Part shown: piece by piece, positions 16,735-26,738 of the stretch
Numbering within the stretch: position 1 is the first letter of the stretch
Layout: every line of letters begins with the position of its first letter
Source: a virus
Taxonomy: Duplodnaviria; Caudoviricetes
Strand: one strand, 5' to 3'
IMG/VR virus record: IMGVR_UViG_3300046724_000647
Coordinates: 1-62,908 of that record
DNA: 62,908 bases
Made by a program: the position numbers and the translations under genes
The notes under the pieces: model-generated
Databases searched by the model: none
The model's input: only the letters and a program-made list of their open reading frames with translations
What the model was told of the DNA's origin: nothing

Positions 16735-17054
16735 CTGTCGAACAGGCTATGGTTTCCTTAGCCAGTGCACTGGAGCCGATGCAGCCACGCAGAGACAGCG
16801 CATTTTGGAAATGGGATGGCGACTCGGAGGACTTTGAGGCAATGGATTTTATCCACTCCGAAGACGCATCGGCGAGGCTGCTGGATGCGATGCCATGCGC
16901 ACGCGTTGAGAATGTTGGCATTTGCTGGACGGTAACATATGACCTTACGAAGAATTTTGGACTACACGGGGATGCTGAACACGCCGATCGCAAAACAGCA
17001 GTATTCCTTGCGGCACTCGCTTGGAAACAGATTCCGAAACCGGAGGGGCTGTGA
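16731..17054 (+). CDS. hypothetical protein
   Basis: ATGA overlap; ends ALAWKQIPKPEGL. Confidence 0.65.
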   Translation: MTVEQAMVSLASALEPMQPRRDSAFWKWDGDSEDFEAMDFIHSEDASARLLDAMPCARVENVGICWTVTYDLTKNFGLHGDAEHADRKTAVFLAALAWKQIPKPEGL

Positions 17055-17430
17055 AATTCCAGCAGCACGAGTCACCCCTTGCTTGCCCGAAGGCCCATCG
17101 AATGTTGTGGCTCGGTTCGGTCTATTGGCTGTGTTCGAAGTGCAAGACGATCTTCGTGGAGGAATGGAAATGACCTCGATGAGCCCAATGCAGAAAATGA
17201 TTGAGGAGATGGAGGATAAAGCCGTTGAGCATTTGAATGTTCAGCGGCTTTTGGATTTGGAGGAAATGGCCCTGAATCAACTGAGGAAGTCGGCGAATAA
17301 CGGATATGTCCGGCTGCACAAACTGGAGTTTTCGGCGCTGATTAATGCAGTAAGGGGATTGCAACGGAAGCGGCAACAACTGGAATCAGCACTCGCTTGG
17401 AAGGGCATCGAAAGGCCGGAGGGGCTATGA
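17013..17430 (+). repeat. imperfect 42-bp direct repeat at two gene 3' ends (17013-17054 and 17389-17430)
   Basis: GCACTCGCTTGGAA...CCGGAGGGGCTRTGA in both copies. Confidence 0.85.
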
Positions 17431-20204
17431 GATTTTATCAATGCAAGTGTGGTCAAGCAACAAGCTGGTCGAGTATGGGCCAGCCAATCTGCCGTCGTTG
17501 TTCTAAGTGCGGAAGCAGTCTTGCCGAAGGCCCATCAAGCCATCACGAACCGAATCCACATAAAATCTATCGTGGAACCGTCTCTACTGATGAAGGTGAG
17601 GTCCCGGGCGTGTCTCGCTGTTACTTCTGTAATGACACGCTGAAGGAAATTCAAGAACGGCGGGAACCATTTGAAGCGTGGGAGAACTGAATGACCGAAC
17701 CCAAGACCGTGGATGAATTGTCTGAGGAGTGGTGGTCGGAAGATGGCAAGTATATTGATCCCGACACGAGCGATGTGGGCTGGTTTGACAAGCGTGGCGA
17801 GTTGGCGATGTTGGCCTTTATTAAAGGGTATCGAATCGGGCGAGATTCACTTACCAAGCAGATCACGTCCCTTGCCGCCGAGAGGGATCAGGCGGTGCAG
17901 GAGCGCGACAAGATTCTTGCGGTCATAAATGAAGAGACTCAACTGCTCGATGGCTGCGGAGTCATACTTTGCCGCAATCAGGTTAATCACGAGATGTTTG
18001 AGGGATGTTTGTATTGTGAGCGCGACGCCCTGAAGGCGCAACTGAAGGAATCCCAGGAGTTCGTCAAAACCCTCCGGGCTGATGTGCAACGGCTGAATTC
18101 CGAGGATGTGAGTTTTTAAAAGAGGGAACAGAAATGAAAACAGAACCGAAAACCGCGGCTGAAGTCTGGCGAATGGTCAACGAGTACGGGCAGGAGATGT
18201 GCAGCATCGGTGAGCCGCCATCCCCGGATCTGTCGATTCGACAGGTGCAGGCGCTGAGAGATCCACTGGAACACGTCCTGATTCCCATTCTGGCCGAGTA
18301 TGAAGCGCCGCGGATCTGGGAGTTGGTTGACGAATATGGCCGCGCCAGTTTCAATCGGGATGTGGATGGTGGAGAACGCGCGTGGATCCGATTGGGTGAA
18401 GCACTCGGTCCGATTCTGGTGGAGTGGGAACGCCGGCTGAACCGAGCCCTCTACGTCGCACGCATGGAGGACACCGGCCTTCGCGGCCAGATGAACGCGC
18501 TGGACGTCAGCGACGACCGATATGTCTGAGGAGAAGCCATGAACCTGTTGCAGATTGTCCTCGTTCCGGAACCGCCAACCTGGCTGACCTTTGGACTGGG
18601 CTTGATCGCCCTGGCGATCCTGTCGCGGAAGCACTTGAGGAAGAAACCGTGAGCGATCCGAGGGTGGCCGCCGCGGTGAAGGCGGTCTGCCCAAAGTGTA
18701 GCGGACACTTCTGGATGGACCAGATGGTGAAGGAACTGTCGGCGGCGAAGGTGGCGAAATGAGTCCCGCCGGACACTTCGATAACATCCGGCAGGTTCTT
18801 GGCAGCCTGATCGGCAAGACCGTGGTCGACATCACCCAGCACGACGCCGACGAGTGGGAAGAGACACGGGCAAGCTACATCCAGTTCCATTTCGACAACG
18901 GCGACTACGTGAGGATTTACGTCGGGAGCGAAGGCTTTACTCATAGTTGCGTGGAGGAAATCGATGACACTCAAACTGGCTGACCTGTTGGAAATAGCGG
19001 ATAAGCTTCCGGAAGTTCCGTCCGAACTCCGTGTGTCGATGAAGATTTGGGAGCAGATCACCTACGGTGGCGTTTTCGACCGAGTTGCTTTGAACGCGCT
19101 GGCGTTTACCGGAGTGCCGGTGATTCTCGAGCCCCACTATCGCCCGGACTGGTGGAGTGAGCACTATGCGGAGAAGACCATTCTTCACAGGGAAGATGGA
19201 GTCGTGACGTTTCCCGCCATTTCGACCCACAACCTGTTACGACCGATACCGAAGAAGTTCAAAATTAAAAAGGAGCCCGAATGAAAGAAAAGACCCTCGG
19301 AAACATTGGCTACGACGCTTACTGTAAGTTCACCGACCACAAGAGTTTGATTTCCGGCGCCGAACTGCCGGCGTTTGAGAATCTGAAGACGCCGATCCAG
19401 GAAGCGTGGGAGAAAGCCGGCCAGGCGGTGGCCGCCAGCGTCGGCCGCGCCGATGTCATCACCGGAGCCGTTGCACCAGGGGAACCGGAAGCCGGACCGG
19501 TCGTCAAGTAATGCCAGCGTTAAAAGTTATTTTGGAAGGTGACGGCTGCTGGCCCGACGTCGCGCCCATCGTCGCCGATCCCAGTAAGACCGGATTCGTC
19601 ACGGAGGCTGCCTACCTTGCGGGAGGCATGACTAGCGGGGCACCGTCCGTGATGCTCCGTTGCGAAATGAAGGACGGTACTGTCATTTTGGCGGAGACCT
19701 CCGCGAAACTATTCATCACCGCTGCCGCGGCGGTCAAAGGGAAGTGCCTTCGCGATGGAGTGGATATCTAATGGCCACCATCTCCACCTGCGACCGGTGT
19801 CTTCGTCGACTGGGCGACATGACAAAGTGGGTCAAGGTCAAACCGACGACCGTGATCACCAGCGTTCCTGCAGAGCACGCCACCGCGGCAAGGGATCCGG
19901 AGATTGACTTGTGCGGCGACTGCTACGAGTCCGTCGTTTCGGAAATCAAACATTTCGCGGAATCCACAAGAGGCACGCCTTGAATGAGGAGTTAGCGAAA
20001 TGGCAAAGACCGCGCACACGAAACGACCTGATCGAACGCCTGATGAAGTTCGACTGGGGAACGCAACTGAACATCCTCGATTACATGAGGAAGTTTCAGA
20101 CATGGGACGCGCTTTACGAGGACTTGAGGAAGAGGGAGACTGGGGATTCTTCGGATATTCGCAACGTTTCGCCTATCGTCCCAAAGCAGATCGAAGGAAA
20201 GTGA
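17051..20204 (+). CDS. run of small hypothetical genes (17051-17173, 17170-17430, 17427-17690, 17691-18119, 18134-18529, 18759-18983, 18964-19284, 19281-19511, 19511-19771, 19771-19983, 19980-20204)
   Basis: Consecutive overlapping ORFs with RBS; several Zn ribbons. Confidence 0.65.
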
Positions 20205-20223
20205 AATAACGATATACCCGAAA

Positions 20224-20292
20224 GGCCGGCGCGCTGGGGACACTAACCAAGCAATTGAAGGGAATCTCCCCGGTCCGTCCGGCCGTGCTTTT
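20224..20292 (+). promoter_or_regulatory. long intergenic hairpin at the probable middle/late boundary
   Basis: GGCCGG...CTGGGGA / TCCCCGG...CCGGCC followed by GTGCTTTT. Confidence 0.4.
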
Positions 20293-20301
20293 GGAGGCAT
20301 C

Positions 20302-20457
20302 ATGCCATTCAAAAAGACCGGACCCGATGAGTATCAAGGACCCAGCGGAAAGAAGTTTGATTTGAAGCAGGTCAAACTGGCCTACGCGACCGACAACTTT
20401 ACCCACATGGGGAAAGCCAAAAAACTAAACCACAAAAAAGTGAGCCTGAAAAAATGA
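20302..20457 (+). CDS. 51-aa basic protein (absent from the ORF track)
   Basis: GGAGG RBS; MPFKKTGPDEYQGPSGKKF...KVSLKK*. Confidence 0.75.
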   Translation: MPFKKTGPDEYQGPSGKKFDLKQVKLAYATDNFTHMGKAKKLNHKKVSLKK

Positions 20458-20702
20458 TTTGCCCACACTGCGAAATCGACTGTGACTTCGATGACTGCGT
20501 AACTGATCCAGGGAGGAAGCCCGCCGAAGGGGACGCGGGTATGTGTGTGCAATGTTTCGGTTGGTGGACAATAAAGGACGGCAAGGTCATCGAGTACTTG
20601 CCAACTGATGACGAATTGTTATTCGTAGCCTCTCAATTTGAAGCATCGGACATACGATTTGAAAAGTTTCTAAAACAAAAAGGAGAAAAGTTCAATGAGT
20701 GA
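20454..20702 (+). CDS. Zn-binding hypothetical protein
   Basis: CPHC...CVQC; ATGA overlap. Confidence 0.7.
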   Translation: MICPHCEIDCDFDDCVTDPGRKPAEGDAGMCVQCFGWWTIKDGKVIEYLPTDDELLFVASQFEASDIRFEKFLKQKGEKFNE

Positions 20703-21153
20703 GAATGTTGTAGCCGAGCCACTGTCCGGATCTGAAATCATCGAAGCGGTTTGCTTCAAACTGAAAGAGCAGTTGGCGCGCGACTGCTTCCTGAGTCCGA
20801 ATTCCGCGTACGAATATTTCAGCGCGAAGATCGAAGTCAAGATCACCGCAGTCGATTGCGGCCGTGTCGCAAATGCCGGCGCCACTGTCCGACACACTGT
20901 CGGCGATGCCGATGCGGTGGTACTGGGTGGAAACGACGGATACGACGTCACGTCCACCGAAGACATCCCGCGCATGGCACCCAACGTCCTGCGTCGTGAA
21001 ACCGAACAGCCGGTGCCGGTCACCGTGGCCGACACATCCGGAAAAACGGAACGCAAAAACGTGAAGTATCAGCGCCAGGAAAAACCCGCTGCCGCCAGCA
21101 AGGGCGTGAAGACTCCGGTCGATCTGTCGAAGGTGGAAACACCGACCACATGA
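20695..21153 (+). CDS. hypothetical protein
   Basis: AAGGAG RBS; regular codon usage. Confidence 0.8.
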   Translation: MSENVVAEPLSGSEIIEAVCFKLKEQLARDCFLSPNSAYEYFSAKIEVKITAVDCGRVANAGATVRHTVGDADAVVLGGNDGYDVTSTEDIPRMAPNVLRRETEQPVPVTVADTSGKTERKNVKYQRQEKPAAASKGVKTPVDLSKVETPTT

Positions 21154-22222
21154 TCACTGTCCCGCATATTCTCCTGTTGGCCATCGGCTTTTTCGCCGGC
21201 GTCGGGTTCACGCTGTGCGCGCTGAACGTGATGGCCAAATGGGTGCGATGGTGAACGACGATCAACGTTACTCGAAACTCGACAAGCGTCATCACCACTT
21301 CGCCCAGATTCCCGACCCTTGGCACTACCGGGCTCTATCGAAGATCCCGGCGGTGCTTGAGGCGTACAAAGAGGGACGCGTGTTCCAAGGTACGGGCGAT
21401 TCCGCGCTTCACGGCGGGGATCAATACCTGGTCTGGTTTTCCTACAGCGCGGAAGGCCAGCCGCTTCAGGAGTGGGGATTCGATCCACCACCGATGGTGT
21501 CATGAGCGAATCAATCGATTTCCAAGCATTGAAGAAACTTTGGGAGGACTGCGCGAAGACGCAAGATACCGGTCCGTCTTCTGGCATGGCAACCATGGGA
21601 ACATTCCGTTGGCTTGTCGCCAAAAACCCAGACGCAACCGTGAATCCGACATGGAAACCGTTTCTCGATGATCCCGCTATATCGGATTCAACGTGGGTCG
21701 AATTCTACGGTGAAAGTTTGTTTGTGAGGGGCGAATGAGCGAAGAAAGAAATCCAGACGACATGCGACTCACCGTCAGCGACTACTTCGTGGCCGACTTT
21801 CTGTGTCGCACGTACAAGGAACTGGAACGTCTCCGACTGCTCCACGTTCCATTAGTGAAACTACATGTGGATCCAGTTGCGCTATACCTGGATTCACCGG
21901 AGGACTGATGACACCGGAACAGGAGGAACGCCTTGTCGCCGCATTCGAACGCTTCGCAGAGGCGCTTGATTTTCTGGCCGGATCCGTCGAGACGATTGCG
22001 AAAACAGCGGAGAAAACCTACGCGAAGCAGTATCCTGCCAAACAACGAAATGTGAAGGCCACCGTCACTCACGTCAAAACCGACGAAGAACGATTGAAAG
22101 AGGAACAGGGTCAATCCGATGAAAATCTCCGAGACTGGACTACCCTTGAAGAAAAAGAAGAACCGGGTCCGCGCGAAAAGGCGTGGCTCGAAAGTCATCC
22201 TGAATCCGAAAAGAAAGTTTAG
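21150..22222 (+). CDS. run of small hypothetical genes ending with 21908-22222
   Basis: Overlapping ORFs at about 21150, 21250, 21502, 21735 and 21908. Confidence 0.6.
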
Positions 22223-22832
22223 CGCCGATTACATTCTTGCGACTCTGATCAAACTCGAGATCGACGACCAGGAAGTGGCTCGTGCGGCGCCGATTACGCC
22301 GATCCTCAAAGAAGCCGAGGGCGGATTGCCGGCGGTGCTCGACGCGATGCGATTCAGTCAAGATCCCATCATCGTAAAATTCCTCAAAGCCTACGACCTC
22401 GGAAACGAAATCGATCATCACATCCTGGGATGGGAAGCGTGGGCGGTGAAAGCGCGCGTGGATATCCCGTCGCTGCTCGGATCCATCCTGATTGCGCTAC
22501 GACTACAAGCCGTCAACACGATCAAGATCGTTTCCATCACCACGCACCCGGACGTTGTGCGCGCGACGGTGAAAAATGCGATGACTCCGAAAGGATTCCG
22601 CGATCGAGAAACACTTCACCAGGCGCTGGGCTTCCTGCCGCGGGCGAAGGGTGCGACGTTCATCGATAAGTACTTCGCTGGAACCGTCGGTGGTTCCATG
22701 CCGGAAGACGACGAAACTCCAACACCGGACAAGCCGGCCGATGTGCTTCCCGCGCGACCCGATGAGATCGACATTGACGACTTGTTTCCGAATGTCGAAG
22801 ATACTCAACTGATGCTGGGTGACGGAAACTGA
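22119..22832 (+). CDS. putative terminase small subunit
   Basis: Helical ORF immediately upstream of the large terminase; positional call, start uncertain. Confidence 0.4.
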   Translation: MKISETGLPLKKKKNRVRAKRRGSKVILNPKRKFSADYILATLIKLEIDDQEVARAAPITPILKEAEGGLPAVLDAMRFSQDPIIVKFLKAYDLGNEIDHHILGWEAWAVKARVDIPSLLGSILIALRLQAVNTIKIVSITTHPDVVRATVKNAMTPKGFRDRETLHQALGFLPRAKGATFIDKYFAGTVGGSMPEDDETPTPDKPADVLPARPDEIDIDDLFPNVEDTQLMLGDGN

Positions 22833-22849
22833 GAACAGGCTTGCAAAAG

Positions 22850-23228
22850 AGAAACCCCTTGGAGCATTCTCAATTTGCGAAAGAAAGACTCCCCAAGGGG
22901 TCGAAGAAATACAATCTGCAACCAAGCGTATTTGAAGTTTGAGTTTTCGCCTACAATTTTCTTCAGCTTGGCGCCGAAAAAACAAAAGGCTGTTCTTTTC
23001 GCACCGAAGTTCAAATGCGATTCTGCCGCGAAAGCGGACGCTTCCGGGCAACGGGTTACTGGTTGATGTAACGAACCGCCATACGCCCCGGTCTCCACTG
23101 TGCAGGTTTGAAGTGGATCGCAGTACTAAGATTTCAGGTGCAACGCAAATACGCAGTGCCTTTGGTTGACGCAGGAAGAGCACAGATGGGAATGGCGGTG
23201 CATACTCAGCAGGAAATAGGAACCTACT
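22850..23228 (+). ncRNA. highly structured leader/ncRNA before the large terminase
   Basis: ACCCCTTGG/CCAAGGGGT, CAACCA/TGGTTG, CGTATTTGAA/TTCAAATGCG, CCGC-GAAA-GCGG, ACCGCCAT/ATGGCGGT, CTGTGC/GCACAG. Confidence 0.5.
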
Positions 23229-25349
23229 ATCTACGCGAAGCGGATCATTGACAGGAAGTTAGACGCCTTCGAAGCGCGTCACCACTGGCGTCCCGTCTAT
23301 CACACCGTCGAACAAATCGAAGAATTCAAGGCGTACGTCAACAAAATCGTCACCATCCGGAGTAATACGCGAAACTCCTACGCCGCGGTGACGGCGATGC
23401 TCACCGACAAACAGAAAAAACGCCTGAATCTGTGGGTGAAGAACGAGCAGATCCTCTGCACGGTCGATCAACATTACTGGGCCACGCGATACGCGTTCAT
23501 CACCGACGAAAAAGGCGACATTTTCCAGTTCAAAACCCGCATGTCGCAGGAAATCTTCTTTGAAATGTGCGCGTACTTCGAGGATTTGGAAGTCGCGATC
23601 GAAATTTTCGTCTTAAAGGCCCGACAAGTCGGCATCTCCACGATGACCGCGCTGATGTTCCTTCACCGGATGCTGTTCATCTCGAATACGCAGGCCGTTA
23701 TGGCCTCGGTGAAGCAGGAAAAATCGGACCTGATCGCTCGCATCATCACGACCTGCTACGATCGCTGTCCATGGTGGCTGGTTCCGCGGCAAACCGTCAA
23801 TAAATCCGGAACCATGGGTTGGCGCAACGGATCGATTCTCTCTGTCCAGTCGGGAATGCAGTCGACCGGCATCGCGCAAGGGTGGACGCCGACCGCAGTT
23901 CACGTTTCCGAACTTGCCGACATCCCCAATCCTAAAAAAACCATCGAAGAAGGGTTGCTGCGCGCCACACACTCTTCCAGAAAACTATTTCAAGTCCTCG
24001 AAGGAACCGGAGGCGGATCCACCGGCTGGCAAGCCGATTTTTGGCGCGCGGCAAAGGAAGGTTTTCCGCTTGGTGAGTCTCGATTCTGTCCATTGTTCAT
24101 CCCCTGGCCGCTGGCCACCGATCTATATCCGGAAGCGGACTTCATGAAGAAATTTCCGATCAAATCCGGATGGATCCCGATGAAGGAAACAATCAAGCAC
24201 GTCACGCGTTGCGAATTGTACGTCAACAACGATCGATTCCTGTCGGTTGTTACCGGACCGAACTGGAAAGTCACGCGCGAACAGGCATGGTTCTGGGAAT
24301 TCAACTATCGCCAGGCGGTAAAAGGCCATACCGAACGCACATGGGCCTCGCAGATGCCGGCCGACGACTTGGAAGCACTCACCGGAAAAAACGACATCAT
24401 CTTCGAACCGGAAGTGATCGACGTTCAAAGCGAAAATCGAAATCGCGGTTACACCTGCTATGCCGTGATCGGCAAATCCATCGACGACGGCTTCGAACCC
24501 GACCCACACCTGATCGATTACGACGCCGAACGCATCGAGATTCATCATGAGTCGCACCGCGGCATCGAATACGACTGGATACTGGTTCCATTGCTGCCGA
24601 TCGCCGAAAAAGACGAGTCTGCTTTTTACGACAAAGTGATGATCTTCGAACATCCGAAAGCAGGCCACGATTACTCGGTCGGCATCGACACCGCCGACGG
24701 ATTAGGCAAGCCCGACGAAGACCGGACTGTTATAAATGTAACGGACAGTGCCAAAGGTAATCATCCAGACGTACAGGTGGCCGAGTTCGCCAGTATTCGA
24801 GTGAACCCCCCACAGGCCGTGGGCTTCGCTGCCGCACTGGGCGCTTACTATGGACAGAAATGCCGTGACGAACGTGGATGCAAGTTCATTATTGAGCAAC
24901 GGGAGCGGCCCGGAGACGACTGCCAGTTACAACTGAAGTTGATGGGATTCCTGTTCCATCATCAGATGATTCGATACGACAACAAGAAAGTCAAAGAGAA
25001 CGCGTCGATCAAAGACGGCTGGTATTCCGGCGCCTGGAGCGTTCCATTCCTGATGAATCGTTTTATCGATGCAGTGCGAAACGGATGGTACATCGCGAAT
25101 TCAAAGTGGCTGATTCTGGAAATGGAAAACCTTGAGAAGAAAGTTTCTGCCGCTGGAAAAACCAAAATCGAACACAAGGCCGGAAAGAAAGACGATCGTG
25201 TGCGCGCTGCCGCGATGAGTTACTTTACCCGGCATCATCTCGACGTTCTCGCATCACGATCGGAGAAGGTCTATGCAGTTCGGCGTGGAAATCTTCCGGA
25301 TTTTAACGCAGAATACGCCAACGTCAGTTCAGTCAATGTAGGAGACTAA
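23229..25349 (+). CDS. terL: terminase large subunit, probable ATC start
   Basis: LKARQVGIST, VHVSE, EGTGGG, GIDTADG, KKDDRV; frame is open 53 codons upstream of GTG 23388. Confidence 0.9.
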   Translation: MYAKRIIDRKLDAFEARHHWRPVYHTVEQIEEFKAYVNKIVTIRSNTRNSYAAVTAMLTDKQKKRLNLWVKNEQILCTVDQHYWATRYAFITDEKGDIFQFKTRMSQEIFFEMCAYFEDLEVAIEIFVLKARQVGISTMTALMFLHRMLFISNTQAVMASVKQEKSDLIARIITTCYDRCPWWLVPRQTVNKSGTMGWRNGSILSVQSGMQSTGIAQGWTPTAVHVSELADIPNPKKTIEEGLLRATHSSRKLFQVLEGTGGGSTGWQADFWRAAKEGFPLGESRFCPLFIPWPLATDLYPEADFMKKFPIKSGWIPMKETIKHVTRCELYVNNDRFLSVVTGPNWKVTREQAWFWEFNYRQAVKGHTERTWASQMPADDLEALTGKNDIIFEPEVIDVQSENRNRGYTCYAVIGKSIDDGFEPDPHLIDYDAERIEIHHESHRGIEYDWILVPLLPIAEKDESAFYDKVMIFEHPKAGHDYSVGIDTADGLGKPDEDRTVINVTDSAKGNHPDVQVAEFASIRVNPPQAVGFAAALGAYYGQKCRDERGCKFIIEQRERPGDDCQLQLKLMGFLFHHQMIRYDNKKVKENASIKDGWYSGAWSVPFLMNRFIDAVRNGWYIANSKWLILEMENLEKKVSAAGKTKIEHKAGKKDDRVRAAAMSYFTRHHLDVLASRSEKVYAVRRGNLPDFNAEYANVSSVNVGD

Positions 25350-25351
25350 CA

Positions 25352-25675
25352 ATGGAATCCGAATTGGACAACGAAGTCAGCGCGACAAATAAGAACAAAA
25401 CTCTCCAGAAAAAGCTTGAGCGTAAGCCAGCGCCGGAGCCCGAAAAGTCAGTCGGGGATCCTGCCGAACAGGACAGTCTATTGAAGACTGGTCTTAAACG
25501 GATGCAAACCGTTTCGGATGCCGTGAAGACAAAGGCCAATATGGCTGAGAAAGACAAGATCAACGACGTGGTCGCGTCTCGCAAGCAGGTCTCCAGTGGA
25601 GTTCCGGACCGCACGGTTGCGAAAACTCCCTCCACCAAGAAAGTGACGGAGAAGGCCATTTCACTGAAGAAATAA
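25352..25675 (+). CDS. Lys-rich hypothetical protein
   Basis: AGGAG RBS; ends ISLKK*. Confidence 0.75.
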   Translation: MESELDNEVSATNKNKTLQKKLERKPAPEPEKSVGDPAEQDSLLKTGLKRMQTVSDAVKTKANMAEKDKINDVVASRKQVSSGVPDRTVAKTPSTKKVTEKAISLKK

Positions 25676-26158
25676 ATGCCAAAACTTTTCCTGCCCGATA
25701 GTGTCGCACCGAGGCAACGCACCGCCTCGAACCTGTGGGTACCGAAGCATCTTCGCCCAGCGGTGAAGCGTATCGCCGTTGTCTTCTACTTCAATCCTAC
25801 CGACAAGCGAATCATCGTTGGCTTCCCCGATAACTTCCCGGTACCCCCAAGTTTTGCAAAGGCTGGATATCAAAAGATCGTCTGCACGTCCGCCCATGAA
25901 CTGGAAATCTGGTCGCAGAAATTGCGCGACCAGGAACGACGCGACGAGGAAATGACCGACGAACAGCGCGAAGCGTTCGAGGGTCCAATACGCGCGTGGG
26001 CCAGACAGGAACTAGTGACGGCGTTCATGAATGCGCGTAACGCCATCAACAAAGACTTCTGTCGTCACGCTCTCGAGAAAATGGACGAGGACGAACGCCG
26101 TCGGAAAATGAAGAAGATTTCGTACATGCACCAGGAGGCATTCGAAGATGGCAAATAG
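25676..26158 (+). CDS. hypothetical protein between terminase and portal
   Basis: Abuts the upstream stop; regular codon usage. Confidence 0.75.
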   Translation: MPKLFLPDSVAPRQRTASNLWVPKHLRPAVKRIAVVFYFNPTDKRIIVGFPDNFPVPPSFAKAGYQKIVCTSAHELEIWSQKLRDQERRDEEMTDEQREAFEGPIRAWARQELVTAFMNARNAINKDFCRHALEKMDEDERRRKMKKISYMHQEAFEDGK

Positions 26159-26738
26159 GCTATCGAATGGCGCTTCACAGGAAGTTCTCGAGAGAATGCG
26201 TGACCGGCGCGTCGAAAGCCATAATCGAAAGCGCGAACTCCAGAATTCTAAATGGATCACTGACGGAAATGGAATCGTTCATATCCCGCTTCGCGATGGC
26301 CACGAAGCTTTGATTGATTCAGTTGATTCGGTGGAAGCGAAGAAATATTCGTGGCGTCCCATGATCGGCAGGCACTCAAAGACAGTTTATGTTGTGGCGC
26401 ATATCCCCGGAGTTTCGCCTCGGAAAGAAATCTTTCTCCATAATTTAGTATTCATGGCGTCCGAGGGAAAGACGGTAGATCATCGTGATCGGAATGGCCT
26501 GAATTGCACGAGATCAAATCTGAGAGAAGCTAGCGGAAGCCAGAACGCGACCAACAGGAAGCGTCGCCTAGGTAAAAATCCTCATACTGGCGTTTACATG
26601 GTTCGCGAAAACCGATGGACTGCGTGTATTCAGATCAATGGGAAATGGAAATCACTAGGAAGATTCCAAGATCTGACTGAGGCCATAAGTGCTCGTGAAA
26701 ATGCAGCCAAGAGGATCTATGGAGAATTCGCAATATGA
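26148..26738 (+). CDS. HNH-AP2 homing endonuclease
   Basis: VDHRDRNGLNCTRSNLR; RWTACIQING...LGRF...A. Confidence 0.9.
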   Translation: MANRLSNGASQEVLERMRDRRVESHNRKRELQNSKWITDGNGIVHIPLRDGHEALIDSVDSVEAKKYSWRPMIGRHSKTVYVVAHIPGVSPRKEIFLHNLVFMASEGKTVDHRDRNGLNCTRSNLREASGSQNATNRKRRLGKNPHTGVYMVRENRWTACIQINGKWKSLGRFQDLTEAISARENAAKRIYGEFAI

